A DNA stretch of 64,000 bases. Origin: Felis catus. Taxonomy: Eukaryota. The stretch spans positions 151,902,001 through 151,966,000 of the forward strand of contig NC_058368.1 of NCBI RefSeq assembly GCF_018350175.1. The letters are read 5' to 3'. The translations under genes were made by a program, and so were the position numbers. Positions 10,886-22,435 of the stretch are shown piece after piece. The first letter of the stretch is position 1, and each line of letters opens with the position of its first letter. Under the pieces are notes generated by a model that had not been told where the DNA came from, searched no databases, and saw nothing but the letters and a program-made list of their open reading frames with translations.

Positions 10886-13225
10886 ACACAAAATGGTTCT
10901 AATTCTATTACTATTGCTGAACCCAACCAACCTTTTTATGTATAAAAGGCACCATTTGCAACAAGTCTTACCCAGGTGTCAACAGCTTATATACTCTTTA
11001 ACCTTTTTTTTAACTTCTTTTCCAGCCATTCCATCACTGATGGTGGTATACTTTCCCATCTTTGTAAAGAGATCATACTCTCATTCCTAATATTTACATA
11101 TATGCAAATTTGGCAGATTTTCCTTCTTTATTAAACTTTGATGTACTCCAGAGCACAATGTCTTATTCTTATTTGTGACCTCAGGACTCAAAGATGTACC
11201 CAGGTTAGAGTCTAACATGTATTAGGAGCTTAACACATTTTTTTGAATGAAAAAATTTATTTAAAGAATTAAGGACAAGAACTTTTAAAGTGCCACTCAT
11301 ATCCTCTCCCAAAGGATGGATTAAATATTGGCATAGTTTGAAGCATCAGAAATTCTAAGAAAATAATTTATATGAGTACTACTATGAGAGCTGACCTAAG
11401 CAGTTTTCTAGGTTCTATTTTCCTAGTCTTTGTCCCAGAACTGAACTTTTGGCAGGTAGGAAGTATGCTCTAGTTATTCACTTTTATACTGTGGAAGGAA
11501 GACCATGGGATTTCAAAATTAACTTTGACAGATATGACAAATGGGGGTTGCCATTTCACACCTAGAGCGTGAATATTTCAATGGCAAGGAGTCAGCAACT
11601 GTTAATTAAAAATGGGTATTGTTAATTGGGCCCAGTGTTGTGGTTTTGTCAGCAGCTTCAGACCCTTTCAGACCTATTTCGGTGGATCCTTATGGTATGA
11701 TAAGATAAATGTCTTTTGTTTCTGGGGTGGATGTTAGTAATTATGACCCCAATTTTTTCCTTCATCATATCAATTCTATAGGTGTATATAATTTTATAAA
11801 GTAGAGAACTCACAGGGATTGAAATTTTTGTCTCAACTCTCTTCCCTTTATCTCAATCCAAAATATTCATTAAACAACAATATGATTGATATTTATTCAC
11901 TTCACACTCTGGTACAACATACAGATGGGAAGATTCTTTTCACACCAAAAGAGAAAATTTGCTTAAAATGTGTAAGTATATGAGATAAAATAAGCAAGAT
12001 TCATTTTCTTTTAGGTTATTACAATCTATAAATGTTCAATCCTTCTATTTATTTTTTACCATCAAAATGTGTCACTGACACAGTGTAGTACTTTCAGGCA
12101 CAAATAGTATTTGTGTACAAAAAGGAAAAATAATGATAGAATTGTGTATTAGAACAAAATATTCACTGGGCCAGTGTTAACACAATAATTCCATTTACAT
12201 CAATTTAGCAAAACAAAACAAAAAGCCTGAAGCTTGAAGTTAGAGATTAAATTTGATTTTTAAATTGTTCCCAAATAGATTAACTTTAGGATTATATAAT
12301 AATATCCCCATGTCTCTAATAAATATGTAGAAGCTAATCAGTGTGTGTGTAGGGCATGTTTGAAGGGGAGAGGGCAACACAAACAGCTTGTTACTTTAGA
12401 CAACTTGTCGCTTTCATTTTTTCCATTTCCCTAACATTTTCTGATTCATTTATATTGGGAGCCAGTGGCCAATATACTACAGAAAGAAGTACCCCAAAGC
12501 TATTACGTGTGTGCACGTTTGAAGACAAAACATTCTCCCTTATTACTGGTTAAGTATCTGGGAAGCCAAGTTAATGTTAATAATAGCATAGTGAGGCAAT
12601 CAAGTTCATTAGTGCAAACGCTAGAGGCCTTGCCTGGCCCTCAAACTAAATTAAGTATGTCCAGCTCAATTCTCTCATAGATTCTTTTATTATCTTTCAC
12701 AAAATTTTTCACAGTTTTTAAAAATTATAAACACACACTCATACATGCTGAAATTTCTGTGAAATAAAATAACATATTGCATTCATTTAATCATGGCTGT
12801 AACTCATAGCTAGTATGGTGTCTGGTACAGAGCTGGTGTTCAGTAACCTCTTGGTGAATGAAAGTATGAATCACAGAATAAAATATCGACAGAAATTCTG
12901 GGATACGATTTTAGTATGAGAAATTTCACCGGTTAGTTTTATCACTGGAATTATTTACTCATAATTATCACCTGAATCATTATAATTATACAAATATGAT
13001 GGAACTATGAATTATACTGCCATCTTAAAGGATGTGACCTATATTTCAATCCAAGTAAACCCAGATATTCTTAAAATTAAAGTTTTTATTAACATACTTA
13101 GTCCAAAGCAAAATGAAACAAAGCACCAACACAATGAGCAAATAAAAAAGCTTCTTACAAAATAAAAGAATCTATTTCTCAGCCAATTAGTGATAACAAA
13201 CAAGGCCCATATTTAAAACATGGTC

Positions 13226-13256
13226 TTTCTCTCTCTCTCTCTCTCACACACACTCA
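13226..13256. repeat. (CT)n(CA)n compound microsatellite
   Basis: Direct reading. Confidence 0.85.
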
Positions 13257-14654
13257 CAAAAAGCACTGTTATTCATTTTCATTTTACACTTCCATGGTTA
13301 TAAATAAGCATCAAATACAAACAAGTCCTTCCAAATAGGGCTTAGGCATATTACAACCTCCTGGAGTCATCAAATATTTCTAATATGTGAGCTAAAATTG
13401 CTAGTCCTAAAGGTCTGCACATTGTTAAATGCTACTCTAATTCTGGCTTCCTGCAGCTCCTGGCAATACTATTTAATACTGACTGAAGGTAACTTTTTTT
13501 TTTAATCTTACTATTTATTTGCTAGAAAACCACTGATTAATTTTATATTCGCTACTGTCAACTATCAAGCAGTAATAACTGTGGATCTACATGAGGCTGG
13601 TTTGTGTTCAATCTTTTTATCTCCAAGAGAAAGATTCCATGTCCTATTAACAATGCCCTGAGCCAAAAAGAAACCGCAAAACAGACTTACTCATAACTGA
13701 GCCCTGATGACCAGAAATATGATGATAAATGTTTCACTGAAAAGGTAGGATTTCATAAAGCTTTTGTCTATAATCCTCAGAGTAGGGTTGGTTCTGTTGC
13801 AGAGTTAATTAGCATACATGTGGAAGCAGTTTATGGATGCAGTTTAATCCCAAACAAATGTGAAAATAAGCTCACATTGTTCTGTAGAATGATTTACATT
13901 CATTATCATCTACTTAAAAAAAAACATGCTCTAAAAAAATCATTATTCCTTCCAGAAAATTGGAATAAAGCATTTCTATATTTGTACTTTTGAAAATTAT
14001 GTATTTCCAGAGAAGGTCATATTTCCTCAAATCAAAATAAAGTGAAAACTTTGTTTAAAACTATGGCTTCCAAACTTCATGCAGATACAGAGAGATTACT
14101 GAATGACACAGATTCATAATGTGAGTCAACAGATTTGACTGTACATCATTACAAAATCAAACTTGATTTAATAGCTTCAATAAAAGACATTTGGAACTTC
14201 AATAATGAGATCTCTATAAAAGGCACATGATAGAAATACTTCTAATACTCTAGCAAATACAAGGCAATATTATATTGTCATACAGCTTGTAAAACTGTCT
14301 TTTTATTTGTGATTATGGTTTTCAGTGGACATGATGTGACCAGAGATATAGTCTGCACCTTTATAGTTGTAATGATGAATCCTATTACGATTAAGTTTGA
14401 CTGTTCATGGGAATCTAGTATTAAAGTGAATATACCACAGATTGAGAGGCTGCCTTAGGATTCTCTGATATAATCTAACCAGGATGCTCAAAAGAAAAAT
14501 GGAGTCTCCCTACTCCCGGTCTTCTTGAACCATTATACCAAAAACCAGGCCAAAATTCAAGTGACCCAAGATCAGGTGGATGAGGCAATATTTACCTAGG
14601 GATATCTTATTTGTAAAAAACTTGATCAACTTATACATGCTTCAAATATAAGCC

Positions 14655-15090
14655 TTTGTTCAATCAATAATCTTTTAGGGTACTTACCAAGTGCCAAACA
14701 CAGGACCAAAGCCTTTGATGGAATGGTAAGCAATAAAGTTAATGTTACTGTTCTTTAGAAGGGGAGAGCCTCATGGGGGAAATAGTTGTGTAATACAAAA
14801 TTACTAACTGTGGGATAAACTATAATAAGGAAATTACAGAGTAGTTACAATGTACAGGACAGCCACCTAACTCAGGTGGAAATACAGGAGTACATCAGGG
14901 GTGACTACAGGTTACTAAAATGAGAATGAACAGAAGGTAATGAATGCAGGAAGAGTAGGGGGAACATTCAGAAAAGATGATGTCTGGTAATAACCAGAAT
15001 CTCAAGTTTGAAAGTGGGAGGTTAGTGATGCATGATGCTGGAGATGAGTCAGTCCTGGAGGCATATTACAGACTGTGAACTTTACCCTTC
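14655..15090 (-). mobile_element. L2 fragment
   Basis: ttcaatcaataatcttttagggtacttaccaagtgccaaacac followed by purine-rich antisense L2 text. Confidence 0.65.
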
Positions 15091-17119
15091 ATCTTAACCA
15101 CTCTTTGCCTACTGATACCACTCTTCTGTGACATTTGTTAAATGTTCACTGTATGCTCAACAGTGCACTTAGCACGTATCTCATGTGAAAATTACCACAC
15201 TCTCAGTCGGGATTCTGGATATGATGGATCTATTTTAGACCCCATCTAAAGGTGCTGGTTATAGTAGATTCAAAATGAGTCACCCACCCTTTCTTAATTT
15301 CAATACTGTTTGTTCCCACAATGTACACCTATGGAAATTACTTGAGTATGTTACTAGTTTAAAGGCATAGTCCTTGCCCAAACTTTGTCATGTGTCAGAA
15401 CAAAATTATACCAAACCACCAATAGTTCATCAATTCCATTTAAATTTTACTTTCCCTGTCAGACAGGTTAAGACATGATTGCCTTTTTTGGGAAATATAT
15501 AGGATGGGCTAAGAATGGGCACATGGACTGAAACAAGCTTCATTTATGGGAAGTGCAACCTGTAGAATTTGATTTTAAAAACTTGATTTCCTGGGTCTAA
15601 GATTATTTATTGCAGTCAGATTTGGATGTTACGTATGTTGCAGTTCCATGCAGTGCTTCACAGATTGGCCCTTTTCCACCCTATCATGAGAGCATCAGGA
15701 ATATTATGCAGCATTATGCTTACACAAGTGGGATGCTGCAAGAAAATAAACTTACATCCTAGTGATCCTTTTTGTAGAGAATTGTGTTTCAAACCATGTT
15801 ATTATAAACGGTCAGTTTGAGATTTTTAATAATGTGTTGATCCTCTGATTCTTTTCTAAACGAGGTCAGTATAAAAGAAGAAAGTCTGCTTTTATTCAAA
15901 CCTCATGGGCGTGATTACAGTTACACGACAACAGCTTAGTTTTGTGAAGACAGATTTCTACCCATAGATTTGTGTGTAATAGTTTTCTTCCTGGGCTCCC
16001 TTTTTTAGGCAATAGAATGAGAATGCTTGGAAAAGGCTCCCAACAGCTGTCCTGGATTTTTAATCTCTGTACTCCTTTCAGGGTTGGAATGGGGCATTTG
16101 CAAATTCACATGGACACTAGAGACACCATTATTTGAGTTGTGCCAACCAATAAATCAAGATTTACTTTTGAAATCTCTAGCAATTCAATTCCCTTTCATT
16201 TGGCTAACCGTATTGGCAGACACAAATATTATAAACGACACATCCCTTTTTTGGTAATGTCTTTTCTTTCCTATGTTCCATAAATTCTCTTTATTAAAGA
16301 GGATTTCCTCAGAGAACTTAGAAGTGAAGCACTAAGAATTAACTTTTTCCTCTCTTTAAGAGCACTTAAATCAATAACAAATCTAGTGGCAGCTTTCTCA
16401 TTTCTTACCTTCCTAAGTAGGAAGGTAACACCTGTTTCAAATTCAACAATAATTTGTATAATGAATTTTCATTTAATTTAGACTGGAGCATTAGTTGATT
16501 TCCCTTTTACCCCCTGAATGTGAAAATCCCTTGGAACTTCCATAGTGAGTTATTTTTATTGGAAAAATTGGTGAGGGAGGTGTTTTTGCCACAAGACTAT
16601 ATAAAGTAACTTTTATTTCTTTTCCTTTTTTTTTTTTACCACTATGACTCAATAGAAAATACATCTGAGATCAACATTCCTGATACACATAAATCCATAG
16701 AAAGGAATAAAATACATTTTTTATGTATATATTTTTCTCATTGACCTCCATATGCCAGTGATGTTTCTGTTTTTTAAAGACAAATTTAATCATGTCATTC
16801 CACTGCGAAAACTCCTTTAGTAGACAATTTCCACTGCTTTCAGAAGGAAAAAATAATAGCAATCCTCTTCATGATTATATGGGAAATAATGAAGTTCTCA
16901 ATCCAGTCAATTAATAGAACTATTAGTAATATAACACATAATGCAAAGGCACTACTCAATTTAAAATGAATTGGTAATTAAGTGATGGTCTTATATTCTA
17001 TATTCAGGTAAGAAAAAGGCTAATTGTTCTTTGGTCACACTAGAAGGTAACCTCTAGAATGAATTTGGAGCTATCCTAATCAATCACTTACACACTCATC
17101 TGCCAGTAACCATACTTCT

Positions 17120-17145
17120 TTACACTGTTTTTTAAGTTTATTTAT

Positions 17146-17201
<56 letters not shown>

Positions 17202-17362
17202 GGGAAGGGGTAAAGAGAGAGGCAGGCAGAGAGAATCCCAAGTAGGCTCTGCGCTGTCAGCACAGAACTCAACATGGGGATTGAATTCATGAACCCTGAG
17301 ATCATGACATGAGCTGAAATCAAGAGTCTAACAGTTAACCAAGTGAGCGACTGAGGCAGCCC
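17120..17362 (-). mobile_element. CanSINE with long (GA)n tract (~17149-17193)
   Basis: Antisense SINE body (gagatcatgacatgagctgaaatcaagagtc). TSD (cc)agtaaccatacttct ending at 17119 / 17377. Confidence 0.95.
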
Positions 17363-17602
17363 AGTAACCATACTTCTCAAAGCCAGGTGATCAGTGGCTC
17401 AGGTCTCAATCAATAACAGCCTCATTCTAGTGACCATGCTTCTTACAATTGGCCATGTGTTAAGAACCACACTGCAATAGCCATCCTTTTGTGGCTAAAC
17501 ACTCTAGCTTTGTAAAAGTTTGCCAATTCCATAGTTACACCAATACCCAACCCAAGAGTGTGTTCAGGGAGACTATGGTTTATAAGAACCATCCTCCTTG
17601 GG

Positions 17603-17762
17603 GGGGCGCCTGGGTGGCTCAGTCGCTTGCTTAAGCATCCAACTCTTGATTTGGTTCAGATCATAATCCTAGTGTCATGGTATTGAGCCCCACATCAGGC
17701 TCTGCTCTGAGTATAGAGCCTGCTTAAGATTTTTTTCTCTCCCTCTGCCCATCTCCCCTGCT

Positions 17763-17812
<50 letters not shown>

Positions 17813-17813
17813 C
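17603..17813 (+). mobile_element. CanSINE with long (CT)n tract
   Basis: ggggcgcctgggtggctcagtcg head, (CT)n ~17766-17808. Confidence 0.95.
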
Positions 17814-17894
17814 AAATCACTCTCCTTTGTTTACTAAGCAGAATTCAGCCCTTTCTTTTAGATATTGAATGGTAGCCTGTTCTCTTCAACACGA

Positions 17895-18075
17895 CTTATT
17901 TAATCCTCACAATACTGCTAGATGTAGTGCCATTATTGTGACCATGTTACAGATAAAGAAATGAGTTTAAGAGACATTCATTAACTTACCTAACGCCCTT
18001 CAACAAATAAACAGTATGGGAAAATCTAAATCTAAATAATCTGATTTATGAGCCCGTGCTCTCAACCACTATTAC
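17895..18075 (-). mobile_element. MIR
   Basis: atttaatcctcacaa...ttacagataaagaaatgag...gtgctctcaaccacta. Confidence 0.75.
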
Positions 18076-18984
18076 ATACAGACTCTCTCAGTTTTTTCAA
18101 GTGCTCAGTCTTTGTCCTCACTTCTCAAAATGCCCCAACCTTCACCACTCACTCCTGTCTTCACAAATTACATACTACAGTTCCCTGAATGCTCCACGTT
18201 GTCCCTTTCCTCTGCTCTCTCTATAGAAGAGATTTTTATATAAATCTTTTTATATACAAAAAATATAAAAAAAATTTATATTTTTATATAAAATCATTTC
18301 TTTAGTAAAAAAAAATCCCTTTCTCACCTCCATAATGCCAAGGATGATACCTATCCTTCATCAATATTTACATTTACTTTGTTAATATAACTATACAAGT
18401 TGTATAGATATGGGACTAAGATACAAAAAGACAAATAATGTGTCCTAAAGTTACATAGCCAAGTAGTAAGAAAAGCAGCACTAAAACCTGGCAATACTGA
18501 CTTACAGTCCTGTTGCTTCTCAGGAATTATTTTTTGTCATCTTAATCACTCAGTTATTTCTCTGAAAGCGCTGTTTTCTCTATATTGTTTTTGTCCTCAA
18601 AATGCAACATACTAAAATAAACCAAGTCGAAGGCTTCCTATTTGGAGCCCACACATCATAATATCCCATGTCCCATTTGCCCATTTCCCTCTGAAAAGCA
18701 TCCTTGTATTACTGATACATGGTCCTACTGTAGATGTGACAGTGATATTTGACCCAACTTAGCAGTCCACAGATACTAACTGCAGCCAGTCTGGGTTACT
18801 GGCAGAGTTGGCGCTCAGTAAATCACAGGTATTATTGTTAACTGTGTCTTGCATTTTTAGTATGTTCCTGTAATAATTATTTCATTAATGGTTCCTATTC
18901 AATGCACGCCTGTGGATTTCTAGCAATATGTGATTTTGAGGTAGATATTACACTGGTAGCCTGGTCTTTTCACCTTCCTTCTCA

Positions 18985-19120
18985 AAGTCTTAGAATTCTA
19001 AATCCATAAAATAGCAATAACATGCTTCCCCCCTGGGGTGGTTTTGAAGATTAAATATGATAATTCATATAATGTGTTTAGCATAATCTGTGACATCTAG
19101 ACAGCCCAAGAAATTGTGGC
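18985..19120 (+). mobile_element. MIR 3' part
   Basis: ataaaatagcaataac...ggtggttttgaagattaaatatgataattcatataatgtgtttagca. Confidence 0.6.
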
Positions 19121-19419
19121 TTTAGTGTCCTATTTTAATCATGCCTATTTATCTCTTACTAAATACGTTTTAAATAGTAATAAGTTTTTAAAGAAAGGTT
19201 TGCTGTCTGATCAGTTGTTCTTCATGCTAGTGGATAACAACCCCATTGTCCCCAAAAGATAGGACTGCTTATTGAAAGTTGAAAAATATCATTGAATACA
19301 AAAATTTGTTGGGTTTTTGACTCCGTGTGAAATCACATCAAAATGGGTTACACCAAACATGGGACTATGTGCCACTATTTATGCCACTAAAAATCCCTCA
19401 TAAATAAGTCATCCCATTT

Positions 19420-19995
19420 GAATTTTTTTACACACTAGCACCAAATTAATCTTTCTAAACCATAGTTTTAGCACTGATTTCTCTGCTCATGAACTTGAAA
19501 GGACTCTCCATTTCCTACCCAATGTATTCCAAATTTATCTACTGAGCATTAACCCTTTCACCCATCTTCCTAATGTTTTTGCATATCACTTCCTTATGAA
19601 GGGTTCAACATCCTCACGAAGTACCTGCTTTCCTGTAGATGTACCAGGATCTCCATCTGCCTGCCTTTCTCCACATGCTCTGGACATATTTCAAGCCCTT
19701 TTTTAGCCATGCCTCTCCATTTCTATCTAGTATCTGTCAGGGTCTAGCATGGCTCTTGGTAGCCTTCCCAGCAACTGGATATCATTGTCTTTGCCCGATG
19801 CACTTGCTTCTTAGTGCTCTTGAAGTACTTCTTAGTTCCTGCCTTACAGAACAATCCACTAAAATGAGTAATTCTTTTATTGGACTAAAATTTCAGTTTT
19901 AAATCCATGTCTTTTCAGCATCCGATCATACCCAATGCTGGTAGAGCACTATGAACACTGTAGGTGTTCAGTACATTTTTGTGTTCTATCAATTT
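19420..19995 (+). mobile_element. L2 fragment
   Basis: aattaatctttctaaacc...ctctgctcatgaactt...actgtaggtgttcagtacattt. Confidence 0.55.
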
Positions 19996-20064
19996 ATATT
20001 TGAGTATCATAAATTACAGGCCTAGGGGTACCTTCAAATTTTCTTTTAACATCATGATCTTTTT

Positions 20065-20271
20065 TTTCAATATTTTATTTTTTTTTAGTTTATTTATTTA
20101 TTTTTGAGAAAAAGAGAGCACAAGTGGGAGAGGGGTAGAGAGAGAGAAGGAAACAGAATCTGAAGCAGGCTCCAGGCTCTGAGCACAATAGGGGGCTCGA
20201 AACCATGGACTGTGAGATCATGACCTGAGCCAGAGTCAGACGCTTAACTGACTGAGTCACCCAGATGCCCT
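20065..20271 (-). mobile_element. CanSINE
   Basis: Antisense SINE. TSD ttaacatcatgatcttttt 20046-20064 / ttaacattacgatcttttt 20273-20291. Confidence 0.95.
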
Positions 20272-20299
20272 GTTAACATTACGATCTTTTTAAAATAAA

Positions 20300-21180
20300 G
20301 TATTATCTTACACCTGTCAGAATGACTAGAATCAAAAAGACAAGAAATAGGAAATGTGGTGAAGAAATAACAAACGCAGAGAAAAAGGAATTCTTGTGTA
20401 CTGTTGGGAGAAACGTAAATTGGTAGAACCACTGTGGAAAAACAGTATGGAGGTCCTCAAAACATTAAAAATAAAAAAGTTATGTGATCCAATAATTCCA
20501 CTATTGGGTATTTACCCAAAGAAAACGAACACACTAATTTTAAAAGATATATGCACCCCTTTGTTTACTGCATCATTACTTGTAATAGCCAAGATACAGA
20601 AGCAGTGCAAGTGCCCATTGACAGATGAATGGATAAAGATGTGGTGCGTATGTATGTACCCACACGTGTGTGCACACGCGTGCACACACGCACACAATGA
20701 AATATTACACAGTCATAAAAAAACTAGATATTCCCATTTGTGACATGATGTACCCAAACAGTATTATGCTAAGTGAAATAAGTCAGACATAAGCCAATAC
20801 CATATGATTACACTTACATGTAAAATCTAAAAAGGCAAACAAATGAACAAATAAATAAGCAGAATCAGACCTATAAATACAGGGAAAAAACTGATGATTG
20901 TCATAGAGGATGTTGGTGAGGGATGAGTAAAATAGGTCAAGGGGAGTGGGAGATATAGGCTTCCAGTTATGGAATGAGTAAGTCATGGAAATAAAAAGTA
21001 CAGCATATGAAATACAGCCAATGGCATTGTAATAGCTTTGTATGGGGACAGATGGTAGCTACACTTGTGGTGAACATAACATACAGTTATTGAATCACTA
21101 TGCTGTACACCTGAAATTAATATGAGCATTGTGTGTCAACACAATGTATACTCAAATTTTTAAAAATTCTAAAAATAAAA
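20300..21180 (+). mobile_element. 5'-truncated carnivore L1 (ORF2 C-terminus and 3'UTR)
   Basis: ORF 20396-20743 (PLWKNSME...DPIIPLLGIYPK...CTPLFTASL..IAK...KCPLTDEWIK) is the L1 ORF2 C-terminal domain. 3'UTR and A-rich tail follow. Confidence 0.93.
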
Positions 21181-21200
21181 TATATTCAACTATATTTTTA

Positions 21201-21395
21201 ATTTTTTTTTAATTTTAAGAGAGAAAGAGTATGAGTCAGGATGGGCAGAGAGAGAGGGAGACAAAGATTCCGAAGGAGGCTTCTGGCTCTGAGCTTTCAG
21301 CACAGAGCCCAATGTGGGGCTCGAACCCATCAACTGTGAGATCATGACCTGAGCTGAAGTCAGAAGCTTAACTGACTGAGCCACCCAGGTATCCC
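21201..21395 (-). mobile_element. CanSINE
   Basis: TSD tcaactatattttta 21186-21200 / tcaactacattttta 21396-21410. Confidence 0.95.
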
Positions 21396-21677
21396 TCAAC
21401 TACATTTTTAAATATAAACTTCAGCACTGGATGCACATAAGCAATGAAAAGCATAAATCTTAAACAAAAATTTAGTTAGGACTTGATTTACATCTACTGA
21501 TCCATTTTAAAAAAATATACGCAAAATCGTACCCAAACTTTAACACAAGCAAACTTTGTCATAGGTATTTTAAAGGAAAGTTTGGAAACATGGTTTAAAT
21601 TTGAAAATTCAACTTTTGAGTAATCTAAGTCTAGGACCATGAGTACCTACTATGTATTTAAAATACTATTTGGCTCA

Positions 21678-21891
21678 GGGGAACCTGGGTGGCTCAGTTG
21701 GTTAAGAGTACAACTTTTGGTTTCAGCTCAGGTCATGATCTCACAGTTCAGTGGGTTGAAGCCCTGCATCAGACTCCATGCAGGTAGCACAGAGCCTGCT
21801 TGGGATTCTCTCAATCCCTCTCTCTCTGCCTCTTCCTCACTCATGCTATCTCTCTCTCAAAATAAATAAATAAAACTTTAAAAATATTTTT
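21678..21891 (+). mobile_element. CanSINE
   Basis: Perfect TSD aaatactatttggctca 21661-21677 / 21892-21908. Confidence 0.96.
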
Positions 21892-22099
21892 AAATACTAT
21901 TTGGCTCAAAGTTCTCATAAAGATTTGTTAAATTAATTAAAAGTCTTTGGAAACACCAAGAATATCCTTAGAAAATTCCTTATAATATATTCAGATTATT
22001 TTCTATTGTAAATTTTAGTCTCCTCATTTGTTTTCCAGTCTTTTTTAAATTCCATGATAAATAGTATTTTATTTTCATTTATTTTTGTAATATAAAAGC

Positions 22100-22435
22100 T
22101 TGTATGAAGAAAAAAGGTTTAAATACACAACATTACACCATAAGGGCCTAGAAAAAGAAGAAACTCAGCTGAAACTTAGTAGAAGGAAATAAGAAAGGTA
22201 AATTAGAAAAAGGAAATAAGAAAAATTAGAAATAAAGACCAGAATAAACAATAACATAACATTATGTAAAATGTAAACATTACAAATGTTATATAAGTAT
22301 GAAAGTAATGACCAGTTTTTCAAAAAAAATAAAATTGACAACGCTTTAACTACATTAAGAAAAAAAGAGAAGACTCAAAAGCCAACATGAGAAACGGAAG
22401 AGAAAACAATGTAACATAAAACCACAGAATTTTAA
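22100..22435 (+). mobile_element. Old L1 ORF2 internal fragment
   Basis: ctagaaaaagaag...agtagaaggaaataa...aataaaattgacaac...aagaaaaaaagagaagactcaaa, the post-endonuclease ORF2 region. Confidence 0.75.

Noticed and set aside
13697..13740. TGATGA and CTGA boxes suggesting a C/D snoRNA on +
   Set aside because: Too short, box order does not fit and there is no convincing terminal stem.
16990..17013. ttatattctatattcag|gtaaga as a recursive splice site on +
   Set aside because: Modest pyrimidine tract, expected by chance in 64 kb, and on the strand opposite the inferred host.
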